Shown one piece after another: positions 27,187 to 38,258 of a DNA stretch of 64,000 bases. This stretch comes from Candidatus Oxydemutator sp. Lineage in GTDB: Bacteria; Pseudomonadota; Gammaproteobacteria; Poriferisulfidales; Oxydemutatoraceae. Location of the stretch: the NCBI GenBank assembly GCA_965203445.1, contig OZ241883.1, forward strand, positions 1,056,001-1,120,000, in the 5' to 3' direction. The notes below the pieces were generated by a model. That model was not told where the DNA came from, searched no databases, and worked only from the letters and a program-made list of their open reading frames with translations. Positions within the stretch are counted from its first letter, which is position 1, and each line of letters begins with the position of its first letter. Position numbers and translations under genes: made by a program.

Positions 27187-30054
27187 TTAGTTTGCCGCGT
27201 GATGAGATTCCATCGGGCGCGTATACGTACACGGCGGTTCGGCCCGATACTCGGAACATCCCCAGAACGAGCCGTATTTCCCCTCGATCATCCGCAGGAC
27301 GCCGATCTTGCATCTCGGGCAGACGCGAGCGGCAGCACCGCATGCGTCGTTGGAGCATTTCGCCTGGCGGCCTGCGACGATCAGGTAGCCTTCGGAACAT
27401 TCGTCGCAACGCGGTGCCCGGTAATCGCAGAGCGGGTGATTGGTGCAGCGTCTTGTCCTGCCGCTCCGTGATACAACCAGGCTGCCGCCGCAGCGCGGAC
27501 GCGGACAGGGCGGCGCGTCTTCGTCCATGAACCGGCCGATCCGGCGAACGTCGTGATGCTTGCGGCGCAGTTCCTGCACAAACACGGATGGACGCGCGGC
27601 GTCGGTGATCAGATAGACTTGACGTCGCGCCCGCGTCATCGCCACGTAGAAAAGACGGCGTTCCTCGGCGTGCGCGAACGTGCCTGGTTCGCTGCGCACG
27701 ATGTTGAGCAGCGGATCGTCTTCTCGTTTCGCCGGGAGGCCGTAGAAACCGTCCATCAGATCGAGCACGATGATGTAGTCGGCCTCGCGCCCTTTGGCAC
27801 GGTGGATTGTGCTGAGCTCGATGCGAATGTTCGGGCGCGGCGAGCGATACCTTCTTTCCTCCAAGCTTTTTCGGTAGCGCCCCAGCAGCAGTACCGAGGC
27901 CTTCCGTGACGGCGGGACACGACGGACGACGTCGGCGAGCGCATCGGCGACGCCCGCGGGTTGTTCGTCCGTCGCGACGATGGTCACGCCGTCGTCCGCG
28001 CCCGCCGTTTTGCCGCGCAATGTGCGTCGCGTCTGCTCCGGGTTGCGCTGGATGAACGCGCTCGACGGGCGAATGATCGGCTCGCCGTAACGGAACGTGC
28101 GCGTCAGCTCGCGTCGCTGCACAAAACCGAGATGATCGCCGCACGAGGTCATAAGATTGACGTCGCTGCCCGCGAATCGGTTGATAGACTGCCAGTCGTC
28201 GCCGACCAGAAAGTAGCGGACGTCGGGCGCGTTCAACGCCTGGATCAGGGCCATGCGTCCCGCCGAGATGTCCTGAAACTCGTCGACAAGCACGTAGCGG
28301 AACGGCGACGCCCAGCGCCCGCCTCGGATGGCGTCGACGGCACGGTTGATCAGATCATCGAAATCAATCGCGCCTTCCTTCTTGAGTATTTTCTCGTAAC
28401 GATCCCAGACCTGCTCGAACAGGTTGAGAAACGCGGTGCTGCGCAGCGCGTGCGGCAGAGCCTTGGCGCGCTTGCGCAATTCCTCCATCGTGAGCCCGGC
28501 CGTCTTGACCAGACTCAGGAACGTCGCCAGCAGTCGTGCCAGCCACGACTCGATGATTTTGCGCAGATTGTCTATGAAACGCTCAATCGGTGTCGGTTTG
28601 AAATGCACACCTTGTTCTCGCAGTTGTTGCTCCAGCTCCGGGAGCAGCGTGTTGTCCTGGTTTTGCCAGCTGAACGTCTCGATCAACCGCGTTCCGTATT
28701 GTTCGTGAATACTGCGTTTCCAGCGGACGCTCTCGAGGTAGCCCTTGAACCACGGTGGCGCCTGCCCGTCTGCGTTCAGCGCGAAGTGCTCGATGTAGAT
28801 GTCGTGCCCAGGCAGGTAGAAGTCGGGTTGATACTGACGGTGCCGCGACGTGGCCGTGTCGACCTGGTAGGGCGCTTCGTATCGGTAAGAAACCCCTTTG
28901 AGCGCGAGGAAGTTGGCGATCTTGAGCTCCTCGTGGCTCTTGACCAGCTCGCCGTTCAAGGTCCGCTTTTCGATGCCGCGCACGTGGTTCATATAGTCGG
29001 AGAGGTTGTTGAATTCAAACGGCGAGCGGTACGGCTGGCCGTGGTAGACCGCGAACTCGGCAATCTCTTTCGCGTCGGTGGGAGAGATCAGCAGGCCGTC
29101 GAGGATTTTGTCGAACGCCCGATTGCGCACCCGCTGATCCTCCGCCAGGAGCGAGATTGTCGGGGCCGTGGAAACTTGGCCGATGATGTAGCGCCCGAAG
29201 GCGTGAAACGTGCTGACCGCGGCGCCGGCGAGGTCGCGTCCGAGGCGTTTGTGGATTTCTTTCGCCGCATCCCGGTTGTAGGCCAGGACGAGAATCTCAT
29301 CGGGCCGCGCGCCCTCGTTGTGGATGAGGTGCGCGATCTTGCCGGTGATCACCCCCGTCTTGCCGGTTCCCGCGCCCGCCAGCACCAGCGTGGTGTCCTC
29401 GTCGGTGGCGATGGCCTTCGCCTGCTCGTCCGTCGGCGTCATATCGAGTGACGTCTTCATCGCATCGCCTACGTCGGCGACCGCCGTCGTGATATATCGG
29501 TTGTTCGCGTCTTCGCGCGCGCGCGCAAAGTCGTCGGCTGCGGCCACGGAGTGAAGATGACCGAATGCCCGAAGTGCCGCCTCGTCCAGCTGGGCGCGCA
29601 CGATTGTAGATGTGACCAGCGACAACGTCCGCTCCATCTCTTCGCGCAGTCGTTCGCCGTCGCCGTACCGCAGATAGCGCTCGCCCGCGAGCGAGCGTTC
29701 CAGTTGCCTCTGTCGTTCGACCAGTTGCCCGCCATGGCGCTCGGCAAGTGCATGGGCCTCGTCGCGCAACGACGCCGCAAGCGATGCGGCCGCTCCTTTG
29801 GGCAGTCCGCCGATGGAATACTCAAGTCCGTCCAGGCGACGAAACGTCAGCCGCGTCCAAAACCATGACGGTTTTTCGATGACCTGGTCGAGCGCGTCAA
29901 ACGGCAGCTCAACGCGCCCGCGCCGCGGCACGCCTTCGATACTGAGCAGCCGTTCAGAGAACGTGACGGAGGCCGCGGTGCGGGCGATAAGGCGGTACGG
30001 CCACCACGCACGAGCGACAATGGCGGGGGCCGGGCATTCAGCGGTCATCCGCAC
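27187..30054 (-). CDS. Helicase IV (HelD)-like UvrD/SF1A helicase with internal nuclease-like segment and C-terminal Zn fingers
   Basis: LVLAGAGTGKT, LAYN, STFHAFG, LVDEFQDIS, VGDDWQSINRF, TIHRAKGREAD, EERRLFYVAMTRAR. Insert KSHEELKIANFL...YQPDFYL...YIEHF. CxxC clusters and FWGCS.Y...C at the C-terminus. Confidence 0.88.
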   Translation of the reverse strand: MRMTAECPAPAIVARAWWPYRLIARTAASVTFSERLLSIEGVPRRGRVELPFDALDQVIEKPSWFWTRLTFRRLDGLEYSIGGLPKGAAASLAASLRDEAHALAERHGGQLVERQRQLERSLAGERYLRYGDGERLREEMERTLSLVTSTIVRAQLDEAALRAFGHLHSVAAADDFARAREDANNRYITTAVADVGDAMKTSLDMTPTDEQAKAIATDEDTTLVLAGAGTGKTGVITGKIAHLIHNEGARPDEILVLAYNRDAAKEIHKRLGRDLAGAAVSTFHAFGRYIIGQVSTAPTISLLAEDQRVRNRAFDKILDGLLISPTDAKEIAEFAVYHGQPYRSPFEFNNLSDYMNHVRGIEKRTLNGELVKSHEELKIANFLALKGVSYRYEAPYQVDTATSRHRQYQPDFYLPGHDIYIEHFALNADGQAPPWFKGYLESVRWKRSIHEQYGTRLIETFSWQNQDNTLLPELEQQLREQGVHFKPTPIERFIDNLRKIIESWLARLLATFLSLVKTAGLTMEELRKRAKALPHALRSTAFLNLFEQVWDRYEKILKKEGAIDFDDLINRAVDAIRGGRWASPFRYVLVDEFQDISAGRMALIQALNAPDVRYFLVGDDWQSINRFAGSDVNLMTSCGDHLGFVQRRELTRTFRYGEPIIRPSSAFIQRNPEQTRRTLRGKTAGADDGVTIVATDEQPAGVADALADVVRRVPPSRKASVLLLGRYRKSLEERRYRSPRPNIRIELSTIHRAKGREADYIIVLDLMDGFYGLPAKREDDPLLNIVRSEPGTFAHAEERRLFYVAMTRARRQVYLITDAARPSVFVQELRRKHHDVRRIGRFMDEDAPPCPRPRCGGSLVVSRSGRTRRCTNHPLCDYRAPRCDECSEGYLIVAGRQAKCSNDACGAAARVCPRCKIGVLRMIEGKYGSFWGCSEYRAEPPCTYTRPMESHHAAN

Positions 30055-30167
30055 TTCAACTGTTTCTTAACCATATCAAGATGTACAAGTATAAGGCCAG
30101 TAAAGACACCAGACGAGGCCTTGCGCGAAAAAGAGTGGCCGACGCGCAAATCAATTTCTTCTTTTGG

Positions 30168-31169
<1,002 letters not shown>

Positions 31170-31351
31170 TCAAGTGAAAAGTAGATTGAAAAAATCTGCA
31201 TAATCAGTATAAATGTTCTATCAAGTTCTCTTGCCTTTTTTCGCTCAATAGTTTGTCTATGTTTCTGGTCTTATACACTTGTTGGAGGAGGCGGCTTGAT
31301 ACAATGGGATTCCGCTCAACAATGGTGGGCCTGATTCAGGGGGAATAGCTG

Positions 31352-32188
31352 ATGGATTGCCGATACTGCGGGCAGCCGGCCGGTTTCCTGCGCACGAAAC
31401 ACAAGAAATGCGAAACTCGGCACGAGGAAGCGGTCGCCGAGGCGGTGCTTCTGGTGCAGCGCGCCGCCTGCGGCGGAAGGCGATGGCCCGATGTCCGGGG
31501 CGCGGTGCGACGGGTCATGAGCGCGGGCGCGGTGGAGGACGGGGTGCTCACTGGCATCGTTGTCCAGGGGCTCGCCGCGGCCGAAGCCGAAGTGCTCGAC
31601 GACCACCATCTCGACGAGACCGAGGAGGCGCATGTCACCGCGTTCCTGAATTCCCTGGAGAAATCCGGGATCAGGAACGAGGACCTGGATCTCCTGCGCG
31701 AGCGCATGGCCAAGGCGTCGGTGCTGCGGCGCGTGATGCAGGGAGAAAACCCGGCGGCGGCGCAGGGAATCGAGCGCTATCCGGGGTTCCGGTTCATGAA
31801 GTCCGAGTCCCCGATCTGGATGTTCGAGGGCGTGGCGTACGAGATCACAAAGACGCGGGTTCGCTATCGCGGCGGCAGCCGCGGAATGTCGGTGCGCGTG
31901 GCGCGCGGGGTCTATGTGCGCGCCGGGGGATTTCGCGGCGAGCGCGAACTCGAGGAAGAGCGGCACATCGTGGACGAGGGCGACCTGGTGGTCACCACCA
32001 AGCACGTCTATTTCCGCGGCGAAAGCCACCGCTTCCGGGTGCGGCACGACAAGGTGGTGAGCTACGACCCGTTGCCCGACGGTTTCGAGTTGACTCGAGA
32101 TCGGATGAACGCCCGCCCGGAGCGTTTCTACGTCGGCGACGGCTGGTTCGTCTACAACTTGTTGATAAACGCCCAGGATCTGGAATGA
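31352..32188 (+). CDS. Hypothetical protein with N-terminal CxxC-HxxC motif and beta-rich C-terminal domain
   Basis: MDCRYCG...HKKC; C-terminal GGSRGMSVRVARGV...DEGDLVVTTKHVYF; AGGGGG RBS; strong GC3 bias. Confidence 0.7.
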   Translation: MDCRYCGQPAGFLRTKHKKCETRHEEAVAEAVLLVQRAACGGRRWPDVRGAVRRVMSAGAVEDGVLTGIVVQGLAAAEAEVLDDHHLDETEEAHVTAFLNSLEKSGIRNEDLDLLRERMAKASVLRRVMQGENPAAAQGIERYPGFRFMKSESPIWMFEGVAYEITKTRVRYRGGSRGMSVRVARGVYVRAGGFRGERELEEERHIVDEGDLVVTTKHVYFRGESHRFRVRHDKVVSYDPLPDGFELTRDRMNARPERFYVGDGWFVYNLLINAQDLE

Positions 32189-32317
32189 ACCGCCTCGCCC
32201 GCACCGATGGGCGGTAGCGGCAAGCGCGCGCAAACGTGATAATATTGAGGGTCGCTGGACGGACTCGTCCGCAAGCCGGAAGACCGCAACCACAGGAGGG
32301 AGGAATAACACGGAAAC

Positions 32318-32524
32318 ATGAAGAAAAAACGCAACTCCGACAACGACGAATACAACCCTGACCGGTTGTATACGGTGCATGAACACGGTATGAGATTGAA
32401 CTACGACGAACTGCTGAAACAACCGGGGTTCAAAGAAAAGCTCAAAAGACTGAAGGAAGTTGGCGATGCCGCAATCAAGGCAAGAGAGGCGCAGCTCCGG
32501 CGGGATAATAAGAGTGGCAAGTGA
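32318..32524 (+). CDS. Small charged hypothetical protein
   Basis: 68 aa with GGAGG upstream; stop overlaps the next start (GTGA). Confidence 0.55.
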   Translation: MKKKRNSDNDEYNPDRLYTVHEHGMRLNYDELLKQPGFKEKLKRLKEVGDAAIKAREAQLRRDNKSGK

Positions 32525-33300
32525 ACCAGGTTGGTTTTGGTGCATTGCTGCCCCTTCTGCTCGTGCTGACGAGCGGATGGGGGCTGTTGCAGTCGCACTA
32601 CGGCAAAACTTTTGTCTGGTGGCAATCAGGCTATAACCTGTATTTTCGCATTGCTTTCGCCGGCCTCCTCTGCTTCTTTTTCACCATCATCCTGGTGGTG
32701 GCCTTTGCGCCACTTGGTTTCCTGCTCGAATTTCCTTGTACTGGCGGCGACGATGCCTTCGTCTCGTCGCTCCTCCAGTGCCGAAACGAGATACTTTTTA
32801 TCGCTGCCTGGATGACTCCGGTACTCGGGCTGTCTGGCTATATCCTCGCCAACGTTATTTGGCAAGCAGATAGTCAGAGCATAGAAAAAAAACACAAGGT
32901 GATTATTCAGGGGAAAGAATTAGAGGGATATATCAAGAGAACTCTGGAGAAACATCCTTTTTTGTCGATCACGTTGGATAACAGAAAAGTATATGTCGGC
33001 ATAGTATCCAATACTTTCCACTTTAACGAGTTGGATAAGGAAGAGAAATATCTTCGATTGAAAGTAAATTTCAGCGGATACCGGGGCGATGCTGATTTGC
33101 AGTTCCGAATCTCCGTGGGATATATGAATGAAAAACCACAAACTGGTGGTGAGAATTTGGGAAGTGAAGCCTCGCTGATGGAAGGCCAGGAAATAATCGT
33201 TCCCGTCAGGAAAGTCGTGTCTATCCAGCCCTTTGACCCGGAAGTCTATGCAAAATATGCAGAAAAATTCCCCAGGATGCAGCAAGCCCATGTCCAATGA
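32521..33300 (+). CDS. Hypothetical membrane protein (3 TM plus SITLDNRKVYVG...SGYR domain), lower GC
   Basis: Hydrophobic N-terminal half, soluble C-terminal half; stop overlaps the first nqrC codons. Confidence 0.7.
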   Translation: MNQVGFGALLPLLLVLTSGWGLLQSHYGKTFVWWQSGYNLYFRIAFAGLLCFFFTIILVVAFAPLGFLLEFPCTGGDDAFVSSLLQCRNEILFIAAWMTPVLGLSGYILANVIWQADSQSIEKKHKVIIQGKELEGYIKRTLEKHPFLSITLDNRKVYVGIVSNTFHFNELDKEEKYLRLKVNFSGYRGDADLQFRISVGYMNEKPQTGGENLGSEASLMEGQEIIVPVRKVVSIQPFDPEVYAKYAEKFPRMQQAHVQ

Positions 33301-34060
33301 TTCCGTTCTGAAGACGCTGATCGTCACGGTCACGTTGTGCGTGGTTTGTTCGGTGGTGGTGTCGACCGCGGCCGTGGCGTTGCGGCCGTTGCAGGAGCGC
33401 AATCAGGTCGCGGCGTTGAACGAGAGCGTCCGCGAGGTCGCGGGGCTGCCCGCGGCGCCGTCCGGCGGCGCCAACGCGCCCACGGTGGAGGCGCGGGTCG
33501 TCAGCCTGATCAGCGGCAGATACGTGGATGATCCCGCGGCCGCCGATTTCGACATGATCGAGGCCGCGCGCGACCCGGAGTTGAGCGGCACCCTGGCCGA
33601 CGCCGACGACGTCGCCCGCATCCGGCGCCTGCCGCATTTTGCGAAGATCTATTTAGTGCGCCGCGGCGCCGAGGTGAGCAGGATGGTGCTGCCGCTGTAC
33701 GGCTACGGCCTGTGGTCCACGCTCTACGGTTTTATCGCGCTGGAGGCTGACGCCAACACGGTGCATGGGCTACAATTCTACCAGCACGGCGAGACGCCCG
33801 GCCTGGGCGGGCGCGTGGACGATCCGGCGTGGCGCGCGCTGTGGGAGGGCAAGCGGATCTATGACGAAGGCCCGCATCCGGTGCTCGAAGTCGTCAAGGG
33901 CAGGGTGCGTGCCGGCGACGGGCGCGCCGCCTGGAAGGTGGACGGCCTGTCGGGGGCGACGATAACCGGCAACGGCGTCGGCAACATGATCCGATTCTGG
34001 TTCGGCGATCTGGGCTATCGGAGATTTCTCGAAAACTACCGCTCCGGGGAGGCGGGTTGA
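33290..34060 (+). CDS. nqrC: Na+-NQR subunit C
   Basis: MSNDS..KTL.V...[42 protein letters not shown] site. Confidence 0.95.
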   Translation: MSNDSVLKTLIVTVTLCVVCSVVVSTAAVALRPLQERNQVAALNESVREVAGLPAAPSGGANAPTVEARVVSLISGRYVDDPAAADFDMIEAARDPELSGTLADADDVARIRRLPHFAKIYLVRRGAEVSRMVLPLYGYGLWSTLYGFIALEADANTVHGLQFYQHGETPGLGGRVDDPAWRALWEGKRIYDEGPHPVLEVVKGRVRAGDGRAAWKVDGLSGATITGNGVGNMIRFWFGDLGYRRFLENYRSGEAG

Positions 34061-34062
34061 CG

Positions 34063-34716
34063 ATGGCATGGCGTGACAACAAAAAGGTTCTGCTCGATCC
34101 GTTGGTCGACGACAATCCGATCACGCTGCAAATTCTGGGGATTTGCTCGGCGCTTGCGGTCACGACGACGCTGGCGGCCTCGCTTATCATGTGTCTTGCG
34201 CTGACGTCGGTGCTGGCGCTGTCCAACGCCTCGATCAGCATGATCCGGCGCCACGTCCCGACCAACGTGCGCATCATCGTGCAGATGACGATCATCGCCT
34301 CGCTGGTGATCCTGGCCGACCAGATATTGAAGGCCTACGTCTATGACATCAGCAAGACGCTGTCGGTTTTCGTCGGTCTCATCATCACCAACTGCATCGT
34401 GCTCGGGCGCGCCGAGGCGTACGCGATGAAGAACCCGCCGGGGCCGAGTTTCCTCGACGGACTGGGCAACGGTCTCGGCTACAGTTTCGTGTTGATCGTC
34501 GTCGGCGGCGTGCGCGAGCTGTTCGGTTCCGGCACGCTCCTGGGCTACCCGCTGCTGCCGCTGGTTTCCGACGGCGGCTGGTATCAGGCCAACGGTCTGC
34601 TGCTGCTGCCGCCGAGCGCGTTTTTCATCATCGGCGGCATGATCTGGGTCATCCGCTCGTGCCGGCCGCAGCAGGTCGAGCAGCCCGAGTTCCGCATCCG
34701 AACCCAGGCGGCCTGA
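34063..34716 (+). CDS. nqrD: Na+-NQR subunit D
   Basis: [35 protein letters not shown]. Confidence 0.96.
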   Translation: MAWRDNKKVLLDPLVDDNPITLQILGICSALAVTTTLAASLIMCLALTSVLALSNASISMIRRHVPTNVRIIVQMTIIASLVILADQILKAYVYDISKTLSVFVGLIITNCIVLGRAEAYAMKNPPGPSFLDGLGNGLGYSFVLIVVGGVRELFGSGTLLGYPLLPLVSDGGWYQANGLLLLPPSAFFIIGGMIWVIRSCRPQQVEQPEFRIRTQAA

Positions 34717-34734
34717 GACGATGGAAGCGTAGCC

Positions 34735-35343
34735 ATGGAAGCGTATCTGCAACTGCTGGTGCAGTCGGTTTTCGTCGAGAACCTGGCGCTCGCCTTTTTC
34801 CTCGGCATGTGCACCTTTCTTGCGATCTCGAAGAAGATCGAGAACGCGGTCGGGCTGGGCATAGCCGTCACCGTGGTGCAGGGGTTGACGGTGCCGGTCA
34901 ACAACCTGATCTACCAGTTTCTGCTGAAAAAGGGCGCGCTGGCGTGGGCCGGCCTGCCGGCGCTCGATCTGTCCTTCCTCGGTTTCATCAGCTACATCGG
35001 CGTCATCGCCGCGGTCGTGCAGATATTGGAAATGCTGCTCGACCGTTTCTTCCCGGCGCTCTACAACGCGCTCGGCATCTTCCTGCCGCTGATCACGGTC
35101 AACTGCGCGATCCTCGGCGGCTCGCTGTTCATGGTCGAGCGCAGTTACGACTTCGGCGAGAGCGTCGTCTATGGTTTCGGCAGCGGCCTCGGCTGGGCGC
35201 TTGCGATTGTGGCCCTCGCCGGCATCCGCGAGAAGCTCAAATACAGCGACGTGCCGCCGGCGTTGCAGGGGCTCGGCATCACGTTCATCACGGTCGGCCT
35301 GATGTCGCTCGGCTTCATGGCGTTTTCGGGCATCCAGTTCTGA
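34735..35343 (+). CDS. nqrE: Na+-NQR subunit E
   Basis: [41 protein letters not shown]. Confidence 0.96.
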   Translation: MEAYLQLLVQSVFVENLALAFFLGMCTFLAISKKIENAVGLGIAVTVVQGLTVPVNNLIYQFLLKKGALAWAGLPALDLSFLGFISYIGVIAAVVQILEMLLDRFFPALYNALGIFLPLITVNCAILGGSLFMVERSYDFGESVVYGFGSGLGWALAIVALAGIREKLKYSDVPPALQGLGITFITVGLMSLGFMAFSGIQF

Positions 35344-35364
35344 TGCGGGCGGTGTAGCGCGGCC

Positions 35365-36579
35365 ATGCTGGAAATCGCACTCGGAGTCGGGTTTTTCACC
35401 GCCATAGTGTTGTTGCTGGTGTTCGTGATACTCGCCGCCAGGGCGCGTCTGGTGGTGCTCGGCGACGCGCGCCTGGTGGTCAACAGCGAGAAAGAGTTTC
35501 GCGTGCCGGTGGGTTCCAGGCTGCTGACCGCGCTCGCCGACAACCAGCTGTTCGTGTCCTCGGCCTGCGGCGGCGGCGGCACCTGCGCGCTGTGCCGCGT
35601 GCGCGTACTGTCCGGCGGCGGCGCCATCCTGCCGACCGAGACCGCCCACATCACCAAGCGCGAGGCGCGCAACGGCGAGCGCCTGTCGTGCCAGGTCGCG
35701 GTCAAGCGCGACATGGAGATCGAGGTGCCGCCCGAGGTCTTCGGCTGCCGCCAGTGGCGTTGCCGCGTGCGCTCGAACGACAACGTCGCCACCTTCATCA
35801 AGAATCTGGTGCTCGAACTGCCGTCGGGCGAGGCCGTGGATTTCCGCGCCGGCGGCTACGTCCAGATCGAATGTCCGCCGCACGCGGTCTCGTTCGCCGA
35901 CTTCGACGTCGCCGAGGAATACCGCGACGCCTGGGATCGGTTCGATTTCTGGAAATGCCGGTCGCTCTGCGACGCGCCCGTGTCGCGCGCCTACTCGATG
36001 GCCAACTACCCGGACGAGAAGGGCGTCATCATGTTGAACGTGCGCATCGCGACGCCGCCGCGCCCGGAACTGCCGCCGGGCGTCATGAGCTCGTATCTGT
36101 TCAGCCTGAAGCCGGGCGACGAGGTCACAATCTCGGGCCCCTTCGGCGAGTTCTTCGCCAAGGACACCGCCAACGAAATGATCTTCATCGGCGGCGGCGC
36201 CGGCATGGCGCCGATGCGCTCGCACATCTTCGATCAGTTGCAGCGCATCCACAGCGACCGCCGCATCGGTTTCTGGTACGGTGCGCGCAGCTACCGCGAG
36301 CTGTTCTTCGTCGAGGACTTCGACCGCCTGGCGCGCGAGCACGACAACTTCGACTGGAAGATCGCGCTGTCCGATCCGCAGCCCGAGGACGACTGGGACG
36401 GGCTGACCGGCTTCATCCACCAGGTGCTCTACGAGCGCTACCTGAAATCGCATCCGGCGCCGGAGGACTGCGAGTACTACATCTGCGGGCCGCCGATGAT
36501 GAACGCCGCCGTCATCAACATGCTCCACGATCTGGGCGTCGAGGAAGAAAACATTCTGTTCGACGACTTCGGGGGCTGA
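35365..36579 (+). CDS. nqrF: Na+-NQR subunit F
   Basis: [10 protein letters not shown] 2Fe-2[11 protein letters not shown] motif, [24 protein letters not shown] end. Confidence 0.97.
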   Translation: MLEIALGVGFFTAIVLLLVFVILAARARLVVLGDARLVVNSEKEFRVPVGSRLLTALADNQLFVSSACGGGGTCALCRVRVLSGGGAILPTETAHITKREARNGERLSCQVAVKRDMEIEVPPEVFGCRQWRCRVRSNDNVATFIKNLVLELPSGEAVDFRAGGYVQIECPPHAVSFADFDVAEEYRDAWDRFDFWKCRSLCDAPVSRAYSMANYPDEKGVIMLNVRIATPPRPELPPGVMSSYLFSLKPGDEVTISGPFGEFFAKDTANEMIFIGGGAGMAPMRSHIFDQLQRIHSDRRIGFWYGARSYRELFFVEDFDRLAREHDNFDWKIALSDPQPEDDWDGLTGFIHQVLYERYLKSHPAPEDCEYYICGPPMMNAAVINMLHDLGVEEENILFDDFGG

Positions 36580-37625
36580 TGCTCGTGCGCCGCAAGCAGC
36601 CGCTTCGCCGTCTCGCCGCCGCGCTCGTCGCCGTCATCACGACGCTCGCCGCCTGCGACTCTGCGCCGCCGCCGGCGCAGCACGCGCTTGCGGGCGAGAC
36701 CATGGGCACGACGTGGTCGGTCAAACTGTTCGACGCCGTCTCCGACGCCGAATACGAGCGTCTGGCCGCGGATCTGGGCGCGTTGTTCGACGATCTGGAC
36801 GCCAAGCTTTCCACATGGGACGAGGACTCCGAGCTGAGCCGCTTCAACCGCTCGCGCGACACCGGATGGCGCCCGGTTTCGGTCGAGATCGCGGAAATCG
36901 TCGGCGCGGCGCGGCGCATCAGCGATCATACGCGCGGCGCCTTCGACGTTACGGTGGCGCCGGTCGTCGCGTTGTGGGGTTTTGGCGCGGACGCCGGCGA
37001 GCGCTATGTCCCGGCGCGCGAGTTGCTGGCCGAGCGCATGGCCGCGGTCGGTTACCGCCATCTGTCGGCGCGCCTCGACCCGCCCGCGCTGCGCAAGGCG
37101 CTGCCGGCGTTGCAGGTGGATTTGTCGGCCATCGCCAAGGGCTACGCCGCCGACCGCGCGGCGTCGCTGATAGCGGCGCGCGGCGTCGTCAATTACCTGG
37201 CCGAGGTCGGCGGCGAACTGCGGGCCTCGGGCGTCAGCCGGCAGTTGCAGCCGTGGCGCGTCGGCGTCGAGAAGCCGGCGCCCGGCTGGCGCGAGACGAT
37301 GCGCGTGGTCGAGTTACAGGGGCGCGGCATCGCCACCTCCGGCGATTATCGCAACTTTATCGAGCTCGACGGCAGGCGCTATTCGCACGAGATTGATCCG
37401 CGCACCGGAGAGCCGGTGCCGTACCGCGGCGCGTCGCTTACGGTCATCGCCGACACCGCGATGGAGGCGGACGCCTGGGCCACCGGCCTGTTCGTGCTCG
37501 GCGGCGACGAGGCGCTGTCCATCGCCGAGGCGCACGGGCTTGCGGTGTATTTCATAGAGCAGAAGGCGGACGGTTTTTCGCAGGTATTCAACGACGCCTT
37601 CGCCGAACATATAGTGACGCCGTGA
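36579..37625 (+). CDS. apbE: FAD:protein FMN transferase ApbE
   Basis: Lipobox TLAAC, GETMGTT, DLSAIAKGY, EVGGE, ATSGDYRNF, ADAWAT. Confidence 0.93.
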   Translation: MLVRRKQPLRRLAAALVAVITTLAACDSAPPPAQHALAGETMGTTWSVKLFDAVSDAEYERLAADLGALFDDLDAKLSTWDEDSELSRFNRSRDTGWRPVSVEIAEIVGAARRISDHTRGAFDVTVAPVVALWGFGADAGERYVPARELLAERMAAVGYRHLSARLDPPALRKALPALQVDLSAIAKGYAADRAASLIAARGVVNYLAEVGGELRASGVSRQLQPWRVGVEKPAPGWRETMRVVELQGRGIATSGDYRNFIELDGRRYSHEIDPRTGEPVPYRGASLTVIADTAMEADAWATGLFVLGGDEALSIAEAHGLAVYFIEQKADGFSQVFNDAFAEHIVTP

Positions 37626-37652
37626 ACGTTCCCGTCCGGCTATGATGTACCC

Positions 37653-37850
37653 ATGATTTACGTTGTCAGTTGCATTGTGCTGCTGCTTGCGGTCGCGGGC
37701 ATGGCGGTGGGCGTCCTGTTCGGCGGCAAGCCGATTCGCGGCAGTTGCGGCGGTCTCGGTTGTTCCGCCTGTGCCGGCGACCGCTCGCGCTGTCCGCGCG
37801 CCGCGCCCTCACCGCCGTCCCTGTCCCAGAGGGAGAGGGGAGAAGATTGA
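37653..37850 (+). CDS. nqrM: Na+-NQR maturation protein NqrM
   Basis: TM plus MAVGVLFG.KPI.GSCGG...C..C....C; follows apbE. Confidence 0.85.
   Translation: MIYVVSCIVLLLAVAGMAVGVLFGGKPIRGSCGGLGCSACAGDRSRCPRAAPSPPSLSQRERGED
37806..37846. repeat. REP-like palindrome, copy B (inside the nqrM 3' end)
   Basis: CCCTCACCGCCGT-CCCTGTCCC-AGA-GGGAGAGGG-GAGAAGA. Confidence 0.65.
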
Positions 37851-38015
37851 CCTGTCCCCCATAATCAGGGCCGCGCCACGTGAGAGATTATTCCCGTTAC
37901 AGTCGAAGCATGGGGGAATGGATGTAAGCGAAGCGAAATGCTTGAAGCAGTTGGAGGTCGAGAACACCGAGCGGAAGCACGTGCTAGCGGAAGTAGCGTT
38001 AGACAACAAAGCGTC
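37848..38015 (+). mobile_element. IS3-family (IS407-group-like) remnant
   Basis: Begins TGACCTGTCCCCC (IS407-like left end as recalled). An OrfA fragment KHGGMDVSEAKCLKQLEVEN..RKHVLAE..LDNKA follows; the HTH N-terminus and OrfB are absent. Confidence 0.75.
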
Positions 38016-38258
38016 GGATTATGTTGCGCCGGCCGTATTCCTGGAGAAGGCGGCCTGACGTGACGGAATTTCTCTCGATGGCGGTTGCCCTGATTTAAGC
38101 GAGAGATCAACCATTTGTCCAGAATGTGGCAGCCCTGGTACGGGGTTGCGCTAATCTACGAAATATGATATAGGCTGGCACTAACAACAGCGAGGTGCAT
38201 CCCGCTGAGACGTCTGCAGAGACCACGTGGCTTACTGAGGTTCCCGGCTTGTTTTTGG

